From: Propionibacteriaceae bacterium
GTDB taxonomy: Bacteria; Actinomycetota; Actinomycetes; Propionibacteriales; Propionibacteriaceae
DNA: 32,000 nt
Assembly: GCA_031256725.1 (NCBI GenBank)
Contig: JAIRQE010000013.1
Coordinates: forward strand, 67,323-99,322
Direction of reading: 5' to 3'
Part shown: positions 1 through 9,791 of the stretch, piece by piece
Layout: every line of letters starts with the position of its first letter
Position numbering within the stretch: the first letter of the stretch is position 1
Translations under genes and position numbers: made by a program
Notes under the pieces: model-generated
The model's input: the letters and a program-made list of their open reading frames with translations, nothing else
Databases searched by the model: none
Told to the model about the DNA's origin: nothing

Positions 1-158
1 GCCTTCTTGCTGGTGCTGAGTCTATTCGTGAGGTCATCGCCTTCCCCAAGATTGGCAGTGGGTACGATCCTCTCACGGGCGCACCCACACCTATTACGGT
101 TCAACAACGCCGCGAAGCCGGTGTCGATTTTCGACCCAAGCCGAAGGAACAGGATTAG
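1..158 (+). CDS. aspS: aspartate--tRNA ligase, C-terminal fragment (5' part lies outside the window)
   Basis: Frame 3 is open from the window edge and gives [51 protein letters not shown], with stop TAG at 156-158. IREVIAFPK followed by DPLTxAPxPITxQQR is the AspRS C-terminal tail as I remember it (E. coli has IRDVIAFPK). Confidence 0.75.
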   Translation, partial: LLAGAESIREVIAFPKIGSGYDPLTGAPTPITVQQRREAGVDFRPKPKEQD

Positions 159-307
159 TACCTAGGTGCGAAACTGACCAGTTGCCTGGATTGTTGTGAA
201 ACTGTGACCTCTCTTATGGGGAAAATCATGGCATCGTCTGTTCCTGACGAGTACATTAGTTGGGTAGTTCGGAGGGATCCCCTCCAATACAGACGATAGG
301 AAGAAAC

Positions 308-1351
308 GTGAAGAAAATTGCAGCATCGGTCGTATTGTTGACCGCAGCAGCCCTAGCTCTCGCCGGCTGTGCAGATGCACCTCAGACCAATGATAGTTTC
401 CTTGCATGCATGATCTCCGACCAGGGTGGATTTGATGATAAGTCCTTCAACCAATCAGGTCATGAAGGCTTGCTCAAGGCAGAGAGTGAACTCGGTGTGA
501 CTACTAAGGCATCTGAGTCACAGAATGCCACGGACTTTGCTCCGAACCTTGAGGCCATGCAGGCTCAGAACTGCAACCTCACCATCACTGTCGGGTACCT
601 TCTTAAGGAAGCCACTGAAGCTCAGGCCTTGGTGACACCCGACGCTCATTTTGCCATCATTGATGACAATCAGATCGTCCTGCCGAATGTGAAGCCACTG
701 GTCTTCAAGACCTCTGACGCTTCCTTCCTTGCAGGCTATCTTGCCGCTGCTTATTCCACAACCGGTACCGTAGCCACCTTCGGTGGAATTGCCATTCCTT
801 CCGTCACCATCTTCATGGATGGTTTCGTTGATGGTGTTGCTCGCTACAACGAAGACAATGGTGCTGATGTCAAGGTTCTCGGTTGGGACAAGGACAAGCA
901 AGATGGTGTTTTCACAGGTAACTTTGAAGACCAGTCCAAGGGTCAGAATACCACGAAGAATTTCATCGACCAGGGTGCAGATGTCATCATGCCCGTTGCA
1001 GGTCCTGTGGGTAACGGTGCTGCCGCTGCCGCTAAGGAAGCCGGAAATGTTGCGATCATTTGGGTTGATGCTGATGGATATGAGACCGCTCCTCAGTACA
1101 AGGATCTCTTCTTGACCTCCGTGATCAAGGAGATCGGCGCTTCTGTCTTCGATACAGTCAAGGAAGCCCAAGCAGGCAACTTCTCGTCCGATCCTTACAT
1201 TGGTACTCTTGCCAATGGTGGTGTGGGTATTGCTCCACTCCATGACTTCGAGTCAAAGGTTCCTCAGGAAGTCCAAGACAAGATTGAAGAACTCAAGGCT
1301 GATATTGCCTCAGGCGCTTTGAAGGTTACATCACCTTCGGATCCTCAGTAA
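308..1351 (+). CDS. BMP-family (PnrA/Med-like) nucleoside-binding ABC transporter lipoprotein
   Basis: Track ORF is 260-1351. Preferred start is GTG 308, preceded by AGGAAG (298-303). N-terminus VKKIAASVVLLTAAALALAGC is a signal peptide plus lipobox LAGC. The body carries BMP-family contexts (SFLAGYLAA, PVAGPVGNGA). It is the first gene of an ABC operon. Confidence 0.85.
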   Translation: MKKIAASVVLLTAAALALAGCADAPQTNDSFLACMISDQGGFDDKSFNQSGHEGLLKAESELGVTTKASESQNATDFAPNLEAMQAQNCNLTITVGYLLKEATEAQALVTPDAHFAIIDDNQIVLPNVKPLVFKTSDASFLAGYLAAAYSTTGTVATFGGIAIPSVTIFMDGFVDGVARYNEDNGADVKVLGWDKDKQDGVFTGNFEDQSKGQNTTKNFIDQGADVIMPVAGPVGNGAAAAAKEAGNVAIIWVDADGYETAPQYKDLFLTSVIKEIGASVFDTVKEAQAGNFSSDPYIGTLANGGVGIAPLHDFESKVPQEVQDKIEELKADIASGALKVTSPSDPQ

Positions 1352-1361
1352 TACAGATTCT

Positions 1362-1395
1362 CCGTAATCACCATGAGTACCTCAGGTGATTATGG
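1362..1395 (+). other. 11-bp stem hairpin directly after the binding-protein gene (no U-tract)
   Basis: ccgtaatcacc (1362-1372) pairs with ggtgattatgg (1385-1395): 10 Watson-Crick pairs plus one G-U, 12-nt loop. Confidence 0.5.
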
Positions 1396-1406
1396 ATAGA
1401 AATAGG

Positions 1407-1456
1407 GAACCGGGCTTATACCCACTCACGTGGGAATAGGTCCGGTTTTCTTCTTT
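1407..1456 (+). terminator. candidate intrinsic terminator/attenuator between the binding-protein gene and the ABC ATPase gene
   Basis: gaaccgg (1407-1413) pairs with ccggttt (1442-1448). An inner cccac-tcac-gtggg hairpin sits inside. The T-rich run ttttcttcttt follows (1446-1456). Confidence 0.55.
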
Positions 1457-1507
1457 AAACAAGAGGAATTACGGATAGAGTTGTGCTAGAACTGACAAGG
1501 AGGGGCA

Positions 1508-3103
1508 ATGAAGCTTGAGTTGCGACAAGTAACAAAGAAGTTCGGTGATTTTCTTGCGAACGATGCCATCGATCTTGTGGTCGAACCTGGCCAAATCCAT
1601 GCCCTCTTAGGTGAGAATGGGGCTGGGAAGTCCACCTTGATGAATGTCCTCTATGGACTCTATGGTGCCGATGGGGGAGAGATTCTCCTTGACGGTACCC
1701 CTGTACGTTTCTCTGGGCCTGGGGATGCCATGGCAGCAGGTATTGGTATGGTTCACCAGCATTTCATGCTCGTACCAGTATTCACAGTGGCTGAAAATGT
1801 TGTCCTCGGTCATGAACCCACTGGTCCTTTTGGAATGATCAAGGTCGATGAAGCCAGAAAAATCGTTAAAGAAATTTCAGACAAATTCGGCTTCGACGTT
1901 GATCCTGATGCCTTGGTGGGTGATCTTCCTGTTGGTGTACAGCAAAGGGTCGAGATCATTAAAGCACTCTCCCGCAGTGCTGAGATCCTGATTCTTGATG
2001 AACCAACAGCAGTACTCACTCCCCAGGAAACCGATGAACTCATGGACATCATGAGGCAACTCAAACTTTCTGGTACCTCTATCGTCTTCATCACCCACAA
2101 ACTCCGTGAGGTCCAGGAGGTCGCTGACACGATCATAGTCATCCGTCACGGCAAGGTTGTGGGAAATGCATTACCAACCGCATCTCAGTCAGAGTTAGCC
2201 TCCCTTATGGTGGGTCGAAATGTGGACCTAGGTGTTAAGGATCGCGCAGACATCGATGGCGAGGTAGTCCTTGAAGTGGTCAATCTTGATCTCGCTGATG
2301 AAGAGGGACGAATCCTTCTAGAGAATCTGTGTTTCACAGTGTCTTCAGGCGAGATCCTTGCTATCGCTGGTGTTCAAGGCAATGGTCAAACAGAATTGGC
2401 CGAGGTTCTCATCGGGCTGAGGAAACCCACTGCTGGGTCGATTGTACTCCATCGCCACGACGAGGAGGGGAATCGCAGATCGGATGACCTGGCTGGTAAG
2501 TCAGTGAAGAAGTTCCTTGCTGCAGGGATCGGTTTCGTACCCGAAGATCGAGGCAAGGATGGGATCGTCCACAGTTTCTCTATTGCCGAGAACCTCGTCC
2601 TGGATCAGATCAGTTCCCCTCCATTCTCGTCAGCAGGGGCACTCAATATCCGAGCGATCGCCTCAAACGCCTCTGACCGTGTTGAGGAGTTCGATGTCCG
2701 TGCTGGTTCATCGAATGCGGCTGTGGGTACCCTTTCGGGTGGCAATCAGCAAAAGGTTGTGGTGGCACGAGAACTATCGAGAGACCTATCTGTCTTGGTA
2801 GCCTCCCAGCCGACACGTGGTGTGGATATCGGCTCAATCGAGTTTATTCACTCCCGAATCATCCAACAAAGAAACAAGGGTACTGCGGTGGTCATTGTCT
2901 CAACAGAACTCAACGAAGTGACCTCATTAGCTGACCGTATCGCTGTGATGTACGACGGCCACTTCGTGGGGATCGTACCTCCCGATACTGAACGCCACGT
3001 TCTAGGTTTAATGATGGCTGGTGTCGGGTATGAGGATGCCCTCGCTCAAGCTGGACATTCACCTAATCCATCTGAGAAGGCTCAAGGAGGCGACGATGTC
3101 TGA
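1508..3103 (+). CDS. ABC transporter ATP-binding protein with two fused cassettes (nucleoside/simple-sugar type)
   Basis: ATG 1508 follows AAGGAGG. Walker A: GENGAGKST and GVQGNGQTE. Signature motifs: LPVGVQQRVEI and LSGGNQQKV. Walker B: ILILDEPT and VLVASQPTRGVD. Confidence 0.9.
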   Translation: MKLELRQVTKKFGDFLANDAIDLVVEPGQIHALLGENGAGKSTLMNVLYGLYGADGGEILLDGTPVRFSGPGDAMAAGIGMVHQHFMLVPVFTVAENVVLGHEPTGPFGMIKVDEARKIVKEISDKFGFDVDPDALVGDLPVGVQQRVEIIKALSRSAEILILDEPTAVLTPQETDELMDIMRQLKLSGTSIVFITHKLREVQEVADTIIVIRHGKVVGNALPTASQSELASLMVGRNVDLGVKDRADIDGEVVLEVVNLDLADEEGRILLENLCFTVSSGEILAIAGVQGNGQTELAEVLIGLRKPTAGSIVLHRHDEEGNRRSDDLAGKSVKKFLAAGIGFVPEDRGKDGIVHSFSIAENLVLDQISSPPFSSAGALNIRAIASNASDRVEEFDVRAGSSNAAVGTLSGGNQQKVVVARELSRDLSVLVASQPTRGVDIGSIEFIHSRIIQQRNKGTAVVIVSTELNEVTSLADRIAVMYDGHFVGIVPPDTERHVLGLMMAGVGYEDALAQAGHSPNPSEKAQGGDDV

Positions 3104-4346
3104 TCTCAATGAAGTCCAGCCAGTTCAGCCAGTATCCAGATGGTCAGATGCTTTCAAGAAGATGGCGACCTCTCAGGTACTCACCTCCATCCTCGCCATC
3201 GTTGTTGCATTGGTTCTCGGGGCAATCCTGATCGCCGCCGCTGATGGGGATGTGCAACGTAGCTGGGGGTATCTTTTCTCAAGGCCAGGGGATTTCTTCT
3301 CCGCTCTTGGTGGCTCTGTGGGAAGTGCCTATTCTGCTCTCTTCCAGGGAGCTGTCTTCAACATCTCTAGTTCATATACAGTAGGACAATTCTTTGCTCC
3401 ATTGACAAAGACGATTGCCTACTCTGTACCTCTCATCTTTGCTGGTCTGGCATTGGGAATGGGATTCAGAGCAGGACTATTCAATATTGGTGCACAAGGC
3501 CAGATCATTCTTGGTGCAACCCTGTGTGGTTATCTGGGATTCACCCTTAACCTTCCTGCAGGAATACATCTGGTTATCTGTCTTCTGGGAGCCTTTATTG
3601 GGGGCGCATTATGGGGATTCATTCCTGGGATACTCAAGGCGAAAACAGGTGCGAATGAGGTGATTGTCACCATCATGTTGAACTCCATTGCCATCTTCTT
3701 GTTGGGGTGGCTGTTGACTCTTCAGGCATTCCGTTCACCTGGTTCCAATATGCCTGTGAGCCCGAGAATGGCCCCGACAGCGCAGTTTCCGCATTTCTTT
3801 GGTACAACTATCGATCTCGGCTTCGTTCTAGCGATTCTGGCAGCAATTTTGGTCTGGTGGATCATGGAACGTTCAACTCTGGGGTTCCGTATCCGTGCTG
3901 TGGGTGAGAATCCTGATGCGGCTCGTACTGCTGGAATGAATGTCTCCATGTCCTATGTGTGGGTCATGATCATTGCTGGTGGTCTGGCTGGTTTGGCGGC
4001 GACCTCACAGTTGCTGTCTTCACCAGCTCAACAACTCAACATCGACATCGCTTCGACCTTCGGTTTTGATGCGATCACTGTCGCCTTGCTTGGGCGATCC
4101 AAGCCTTTGGGTACAGTCCTAGCAGGTCTTCTCTTTGGTGGGCTTCGTGCGGGTGGTTATCTCATGCAGTCATCGACAGGTACCCCGATCGACATCATCT
4201 TGGTACTCCAGTCTGTGATTGTGCTTCTCATTGCAGCTCCACCACTGGTTCGAGCCATCTTCCGATTGCCTGATCCTGAGCGTGAGCGAAAGGCCGAAGC
4301 CCGTGCCCATGCACGTGCTGCGAAGAAGGAGGTGGCAGCATCATGA
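3096..4346 (+). CDS. ABC transporter permease (BMP-type system, subunit 1)
   Basis: ATG 3096 with AAGGAGG at 3084-3090, overlapping the upstream stop by 8 nt. The track start at 3021 is only an open extension inside the ATPase gene. Long hydrophobic multi-TM protein. Confidence 0.85.
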   Translation: MSDLNEVQPVQPVSRWSDAFKKMATSQVLTSILAIVVALVLGAILIAAADGDVQRSWGYLFSRPGDFFSALGGSVGSAYSALFQGAVFNISSSYTVGQFFAPLTKTIAYSVPLIFAGLALGMGFRAGLFNIGAQGQIILGATLCGYLGFTLNLPAGIHLVICLLGAFIGGALWGFIPGILKAKTGANEVIVTIMLNSIAIFLLGWLLTLQAFRSPGSNMPVSPRMAPTAQFPHFFGTTIDLGFVLAILAAILVWWIMERSTLGFRIRAVGENPDAARTAGMNVSMSYVWVMIIAGGLAGLAATSQLLSSPAQQLNIDIASTFGFDAITVALLGRSKPLGTVLAGLLFGGLRAGGYLMQSSTGTPIDIILVLQSVIVLLIAAPPLVRAIFRLPDPERERKAEARAHARAAKKEVAAS

Positions 4347-5653
4347 GTCTGATGAACACTCAACCTGACCTTGACCATGAACTCGAACACGAGGTTCTGC
4401 GTCCACGATCATGGAAGATGCCTGTAGCGCTGACGATCTTCACCCTGGTTGCTCTGGCTGGTTTCTGTCTCACTGTTGATTCTGGTGTAGAGAGCAAGGT
4501 CGCCATCGTGACCGGGAATTCTTTGATTGGTACGATCAACCTTGTTCTTCCTAGTTTCTCGGCACTTCTTGTTTTTACTGTAGCCATGGCTGCTTTGGCG
4601 GGGATTTCCTGGTGGGCCACTGCGACCCGTACCGTCAAAATAGGCGGAGTACGCATCGGGTCCTGGGTTGGGATACTTTTCGGCACCTTCTTTGTCTCTG
4701 CTTTCTTGTTGTGGGCAGTGGCTGGCAGGGGAGTAGCCCTACAGTTCACGTCCTTGCTTTCGGGGGCCTTATTCCTGTCGATCCCGCTGATCTTTGGTGC
4801 GATGGCTGGTACAGTCTGCGAGCGCGTCGGCGTCATCAATGTCTCCATTGAGGGTCAACTGCTTGCAGGTGCCTTCCTGGCTGCAGTGTTGGGGGCTATT
4901 ACACAGAATCCGTGGATTGGCTTGCTGGCTGCACCCATAGCAGGGGCTCTGATTGGCCTGCTCCTTGCTTTGTTCGCGGTACGCTACTGGGTCGATCACA
5001 TCATCGTTGGCGTTGTGTTGAACGTACTTGTGGGAGGTCTCACCAGCTACCTGTTCTCTACTGTACTGACCCGCAATCCTGATGTTTTCGCAATGTCTGT
5101 GAAACTACCGATCTGGAAGATTCCGATTCTTTCGGAGATTCCCGTGCTTGGACCAGTACTCTTTGCTCAAAGTGTGTTGGTGTACATCATGTACCTTGCG
5201 GTAATCATTCTTCAGATCATGTTGTTTAAGTCCAAGTGGGGACTTCGATTGCGTTCCTGTGGTGAACATCCTCGCGCTGCTGATACCGTGGGCATCAAAG
5301 TCAATCGTACTCGGGTGGTGAACACGATTCTTGGTGGTGCTATTGCTGGCCTGGGTGGCGCCTATTTTACTTTGGCTAATGGTCTGGCTTTCGGTAAGCA
5401 TATGAGTGGTGGTCGAGGCTATATCGCCTTGGCTGCCATGATCCTCGGTGGTTGGAAGCCAAAGGGTGCTTTGGTTGCTGCCCTTCTCTTCGGTTTTGCT
5501 GACAATTTACAGAACTCTCTCGGTGTTGTGGGTGTCGAGGTACCATCACAGTTCATGTTGATGGCACCCTACCTTGTGACGATCTTCGCGGTAGCTGGGC
5601 TCGTTGGACGGGTACACCCGCCCGCCATGGAAGGTAAGCCGTACAAGGGATAA
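4343..5653 (+). CDS. ABC transporter permease (BMP-type system, subunit 2)
   Basis: ATGA start/stop overlap at 4343-4346. Multi-TM protein, paralogous in layout to the preceding permease. Confidence 0.85.
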   Translation: MSLMNTQPDLDHELEHEVLRPRSWKMPVALTIFTLVALAGFCLTVDSGVESKVAIVTGNSLIGTINLVLPSFSALLVFTVAMAALAGISWWATATRTVKIGGVRIGSWVGILFGTFFVSAFLLWAVAGRGVALQFTSLLSGALFLSIPLIFGAMAGTVCERVGVINVSIEGQLLAGAFLAAVLGAITQNPWIGLLAAPIAGALIGLLLALFAVRYWVDHIIVGVVLNVLVGGLTSYLFSTVLTRNPDVFAMSVKLPIWKIPILSEIPVLGPVLFAQSVLVYIMYLAVIILQIMLFKSKWGLRLRSCGEHPRAADTVGIKVNRTRVVNTILGGAIAGLGGAYFTLANGLAFGKHMSGGRGYIALAAMILGGWKPKGALVAALLFGFADNLQNSLGVVGVEVPSQFMLMAPYLVTIFAVAGLVGRVHPPAMEGKPYKG

Positions 5654-5655
5654 CA

Positions 5656-6057
5656 ATGGACTGGACTGACTTGGTACAAGCCGCAGCGGAAGCGGCGAAA
5701 CATGCCTATGTTCCTTATTCACACTATCCGGTTGGGGCGGCAGCTCTAGTCGATGATGGGCGAATGGTGACTGGATGCAATGTGGAGAATGCCTCCATTG
5801 GTTTGACCCTCTGTGCTGAGTGTGGGCTTGTGAGCACACTTATGGCAACCGGTGGTGGCAAACTCACCCACTTCACATGTGTCAATGGAAAGGGCGAGAT
5901 CATCACTGCATGTGGGAGATGTCGTCAACTCCTCATGGAACATGGCGGCCCAACACTTGCAATCTGGTCACCTGAGGGAGAATGTATCTTGGAGGATCTT
6001 CTACCACAGTACTTTGGTCCCAATGACCTTGATGAGTACACGTCCCAAGGAGGATAA
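5656..6057 (+). CDS. cdd: cytidine deaminase (small homotetrameric type)
   Basis: 133 aa. Zinc-ligand contexts CAECG and CGRCRQ. Starts 2 nt after the upstream stop. Confidence 0.9.
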   Translation: MDWTDLVQAAAEAAKHAYVPYSHYPVGAAALVDDGRMVTGCNVENASIGLTLCAECGLVSTLMATGGGKLTHFTCVNGKGEIITACGRCRQLLMEHGGPTLAIWSPEGECILEDLLPQYFGPNDLDEYTSQGG

Positions 6058-6059
6058 CC

Positions 6060-7430
6060 ATGGCTGAACCCTGTGACGCAGTCGATGTCATCATGACGAA
6101 GAGGGATGGTAAGACCCTTAGCATTCCCCAGATCAAATGGATGATTGATGCCTATACGCGAGGAGTTGTTGCTGAGGAACAGATGTCTGCCTTGCTCATG
6201 GCGATCTTTTTGCAGGGCTTCACCCGTGAAGAGTTGAACTGTTGGACTGATGCCATGATCGCTTCGGGGGAGCGTTTGGATTTCACCGAGTTGGCCAGAC
6301 CCACAGTCGATAAGCACTCCACTGGGGGTGTCGGTGACAAGATCACCCTTCCTCTATCGGCTGTCGTTGCGAGTTTTGGGGTGGCAGTACCCCAATTGTC
6401 TGGCCGTGGGCTCGGTCACACTGGTGGTACCCTCGACAAACTGGAGTCCATCCCAGGATGGAGGGCTGCACTCAGCCTCGACGAGATGAAGAAGCAGTTG
6501 AGTGAGATTGGGGCTGTGGTCTGTCAGGCGGGTTCCGGTTTGGCTCCTGCTGATAGGAAGTTGTACGCGCTACGCGATGTCACGGGTACTGTAGCCTCCA
6601 TCCCACTGATTGCCTCATCGATTATGAGTAAGAAGATTGCTGAGGGCACCTCTGCACTCATGCTTGATGTGAAATGCGGATCGGGTGCCTTCATGACTGA
6701 GATTGGTCCTGCCCAAGAACTCGCGTCAACAATGGTGGAAATCGGAGAGGATCATGGCGTACACACTGTGGCTCTCATCACGGATATGTCCACCCCACTT
6801 GGGAAAACAGTGGGGAATGCCCTGGAAGTACGCGAATCTGTGGAGGTACTTGCTGGTGGCGGTCCTGATGATGTTATTGAGCTCACCCTCAGGCTAGCCA
6901 GGGAAATGCTTGATGCTGCTTCAACGATTGTTGAGAAGAAGGGGATCCCGGGTGCGGGTGTGAGCCCAGGCAGTAAAGAGGCCCTTCGCAGAGCTGAGGC
7001 CCTTCGTGAAGCAGATCTTGCAGAATCACTCAAGAATGGCCGTGCCATGGATTCTTGGAGGGCGATCATCACCGCCCAAGGTGGTGACCCTGATGCTGAA
7101 CTCGGTACAGCACAGGATCACGAAGAAATCTTGTGCCCCACAGATGGATTCATGACGAGACTGGATGCACTCAAGGTTGGTGTCGCTGGATGGAGGCTGG
7201 GAGCAGGGCGCGCCCGCAAGGAGGATGCCGTTCAGATTGGTGCAGGAATCCAACTCCATGCGAAACCTGGTGACTCTGTTCGACGTGGCCAGTCCCTCAT
7301 GACCCTTCACTCCGATACCCCCGAGGCCTTCCAGAGGGCTAAGGAGGTTCTTGAGGGCGCCTGGACCATCGACGATAACCCTCCCGAACCCAGTTCCGTC
7401 GTTATTGACCGAGTAGCTTCTGCACCCTAA
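6060..7430 (+). CDS. deoA: thymidine/pyrimidine-nucleoside phosphorylase
   Basis: 456 aa. Motifs [10 protein letters not shown] and [20 protein letters not shown]. Starts 2 nt after the cdd stop. Confidence 0.9.
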   Translation: MAEPCDAVDVIMTKRDGKTLSIPQIKWMIDAYTRGVVAEEQMSALLMAIFLQGFTREELNCWTDAMIASGERLDFTELARPTVDKHSTGGVGDKITLPLSAVVASFGVAVPQLSGRGLGHTGGTLDKLESIPGWRAALSLDEMKKQLSEIGAVVCQAGSGLAPADRKLYALRDVTGTVASIPLIASSIMSKKIAEGTSALMLDVKCGSGAFMTEIGPAQELASTMVEIGEDHGVHTVALITDMSTPLGKTVGNALEVRESVEVLAGGGPDDVIELTLRLAREMLDAASTIVEKKGIPGAGVSPGSKEALRRAEALREADLAESLKNGRAMDSWRAIITAQGGDPDAELGTAQDHEEILCPTDGFMTRLDALKVGVAGWRLGAGRARKEDAVQIGAGIQLHAKPGDSVRRGQSLMTLHSDTPEAFQRAKEVLEGAWTIDDNPPEPSSVVIDRVASAP

Positions 7431-7461
7431 TTCTTATCCGACAAGCCCGTACATAGAAAGA

Positions 7462-8112
7462 ATGATTATGAATCGTCAAGAACTGGCTCAAATGATTGAC
7501 CACACCATCCTCAAACCTGAGGCGACTGCAACCGATGTTGAGGCTCTCGTTGCCCAAGGAGTCGCCTTGGGGGTCTACTCAGTATGCATCAGCCCCTCCA
7601 TGTTGCCTATCGATGTCCAAGGGCTCAAGGTGGCCACAGTATGCGGGTTCCCTTCGGGTGCCCATCATGGATCAATCAAGGCCGCAGAGGCTACCCAATC
7701 CATTACTGATGGGGCCGATGAAATCGACATGGTCATCAACCTGGGTTTTGCTAAAACAGGGCAATGGGATCGTGTACAGGCCGAGATCGAAGCAGTACGA
7801 CAGGCCACTTCTTCTGGGGTTTTGAAGGTCATCATCGAATCTGCGGTACTCACCGATGAGGAGATCATCAGCGCCTGTCAGGCAGCGAAATATGCTGGTG
7901 CAGACTTTGTGAAAACCTCAACAGGAATGCATCCAGCAGGAGGAGCAAGCGTCCATGCTGTACAACTCATGAAAGACAGTGTTGGCGATTCCTGTGAGGT
8001 GAAAGCCAGCGGAGGAATCCGTACCCTCGCAGAGGCCATGGCCATGATCGAGGCAGGGGCAACTCGGCTGGGAGTCTCTGCTAGTGCAGCCATCCTCGCT
8101 GAGATGAACTGA
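7462..8112 (+). CDS. deoC: deoxyribose-phosphate aldolase
   Basis: 216 aa. IDHTILKP near the N-terminus, Schiff-base lysine context FVKTSTG, second lysine context [12 protein letters not shown] 7468 is an alternative start. Confidence 0.9.
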   Translation: MIMNRQELAQMIDHTILKPEATATDVEALVAQGVALGVYSVCISPSMLPIDVQGLKVATVCGFPSGAHHGSIKAAEATQSITDGADEIDMVINLGFAKTGQWDRVQAEIEAVRQATSSGVLKVIIESAVLTDEEIISACQAAKYAGADFVKTSTGMHPAGGASVHAVQLMKDSVGDSCEVKASGGIRTLAEAMAMIEAGATRLGVSASAAILAEMN

Positions 8113-8114
8113 CA

Positions 8115-9791
8115 ATGTCTACATCTAGTTTGCACCAGAAGGTGACACGTTGGATTGACTCTGATGTGGACCCATCAGCCCAGGAAGAGTTACGTGCCTT
8201 ATCCCGGGCCGCGCAGAGTGATCCGCAGGCTTTAGCCGAGCTTCAGGATCGCTTCTCGGCTCGTCTCCAGTTTGGTACCGCTGGTTTACGTGGTGGTATG
8301 GCTGCTGGGCCTAATCGGATGAATAGAGCGGTGGTGATCCAGGCTGCCAAGGGGTTGGTGGATTATCTCTCATCCCACGTTAACTCGCCCACCGTCGTGA
8401 TCGGTAATGATGCTCGCCACAATTCCCGCCAATTCGCCCAGGACAGTGCTGAAGTCATCACTGCCGCTGGTGGGGTGGCTCTCCTCCTACCTGATCCCGT
8501 GCCAACACCTGTCCTCTCCTTTGCCGTGAGGTACCTCAATGCGGATGCTGGTGTTATGGTCACTGCCTCTCATAATCCCGCCCAGGACAATGGATACAAG
8601 GTCTATCTTGGTGGACGAATGGTGGAGGATCATGAGGCTGGAGTCCAAATTGTAGCCCCCCATGATTCAGCGATTGCTGCCTGCATAGCCGAAGTCCCAC
8701 CTGCCAACCAGATCGAGCGTGCTCAAGGTTTCCAGCACGCTCCCTCTCAGATCGTGTCCATCTACGTTGACGCCATTTCGTCGAAGATTGATTCACCGCA
8801 AGGGCTCAAAATCGTTCACACTGCTATGCACGGAGTGGGAAGCGCGCCCGCGCTGGCGGCTCTGAAGCAGTCAGGGTTCACCGATGTCATCTGTGTTGAT
8901 GCCCAAAAGAATCCCGATCCTGATTTCCCGACAGTGAGTTTCCCCAACCCGGAGGAGCATGGTGCCATTGATATGGCGGTGGCCCTCGCCCAGGAGGTTG
9001 CTGCGGATCTCGTGATCGCCAATGACCCGGATGCTGATCGATGTGCAGTTGCCATTCCTGATCCTCGTAGGGGTTGGCGGATGCTTCATGGTGACGAGCT
9101 GGGTGCTGTACTCGCTGAGGAACTCGCTCGTGGTGGTCGGACTGGTATCTTCGCCAACTCGGTTGTCTCCTCGCGACAACTTCAGGCTATTGCGACCCAT
9201 TATGGACTTGGGTACGAAACAACCCTCACAGGTTTCAAGTGGATGGGCCGGGTCAAGAACCTTGGGTTCGCTTATGAGGAAGCCATTGGTTATTGTGTGC
9301 GCCCTGACCTTGTTCGAGACAAGGATGGTCTGTCTACTGCTGTTGCTGTAGCGCGCATGGTTTCACGGTTGAAGGGGGAGGGGAGTACCATCGCTGGACT
9401 ATTGGACGATCTGGCTCGCCGAAATGGTCTCTACCTCAGTTCCCAGCTTTCTGTACGATTTGAGGATCTCAGCCAGATCCCTCAAGTCATGGCGAAACTG
9501 AGGAATACACCCATTGGTACCTTGGCTCAAAGCCCTGTCACCGAAGTCGTGGATCTAAGTGAAGGGTGGGGGAGCCTTCCACCGACAGAGGGCATCCTTA
9601 TGCACACTGAGCGCAAAGACCAGGTGGTGGTACGCCCTTCCGGGACTGAACCGAAACTCAAATGCTACCTTGAGGTCATTGAGTCGGTATCCGCAGATGC
9701 ATCCTTCGAAGATCTCAGCCAATCACGCATCAATGCCGAGAAAAGCTTGGATCAGATCAAAACAGAACTGAATTCTATTCTCTTCGATTAA
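8115..9791 (+). CDS. alpha-D-phosphohexomutase-superfamily phospho-sugar mutase (PGM2-like); likely the phosphopentomutase of this cluster
   Basis: 558 aa. Catalytic Ser loop TASHNPAQDNGYK, metal loop ANDPDADR, phosphate loop RPSGTEPKLK. Starts 2 nt after the deoC stop. The specific function is inferred from context only. Confidence 0.8.
   Translation: MSTSSLHQKVTRWIDSDVDPSAQEELRALSRAAQSDPQALAELQDRFSARLQFGTAGLRGGMAAGPNRMNRAVVIQAAKGLVDYLSSHVNSPTVVIGNDARHNSRQFAQDSAEVITAAGGVALLLPDPVPTPVLSFAVRYLNADAGVMVTASHNPAQDNGYKVYLGGRMVEDHEAGVQIVAPHDSAIAACIAEVPPANQIERAQGFQHAPSQIVSIYVDAISSKIDSPQGLKIVHTAMHGVGSAPALAALKQSGFTDVICVDAQKNPDPDFPTVSFPNPEEHGAIDMAVALAQEVAADLVIANDPDADRCAVAIPDPRRGWRMLHGDELGAVLAEELARGGRTGIFANSVVSSRQLQAIATHYGLGYETTLTGFKWMGRVKNLGFAYEEAIGYCVRPDLVRDKDGLSTAVAVARMVSRLKGEGSTIAGLLDDLARRNGLYLSSQLSVRFEDLSQIPQVMAKLRNTPIGTLAQSPVTEVVDLSEGWGSLPPTEGILMHTERKDQVVVRPSGTEPKLKCYLEVIESVSADASFEDLSQSRINAEKSLDQIKTELNSILFD

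Noticed and set aside
518-1243. Long ORFs antisense to, or out of frame within, confident genes. Examples: 518-1243, 4360-4848, 10548-11138, 12927-13514, 15478-15963, 16015-16536, 21676-22284, 23716-24396, 24308-24889, 25221-25673 and 30202-30849.
   Set aside because: Each is nested inside a gene whose product carries strong family motifs. Their translations are low-complexity (Ser/Arg/Gly/Pro-rich), and I recognised no motifs or credible ribosome-binding sites. They are typical shadow ORFs.
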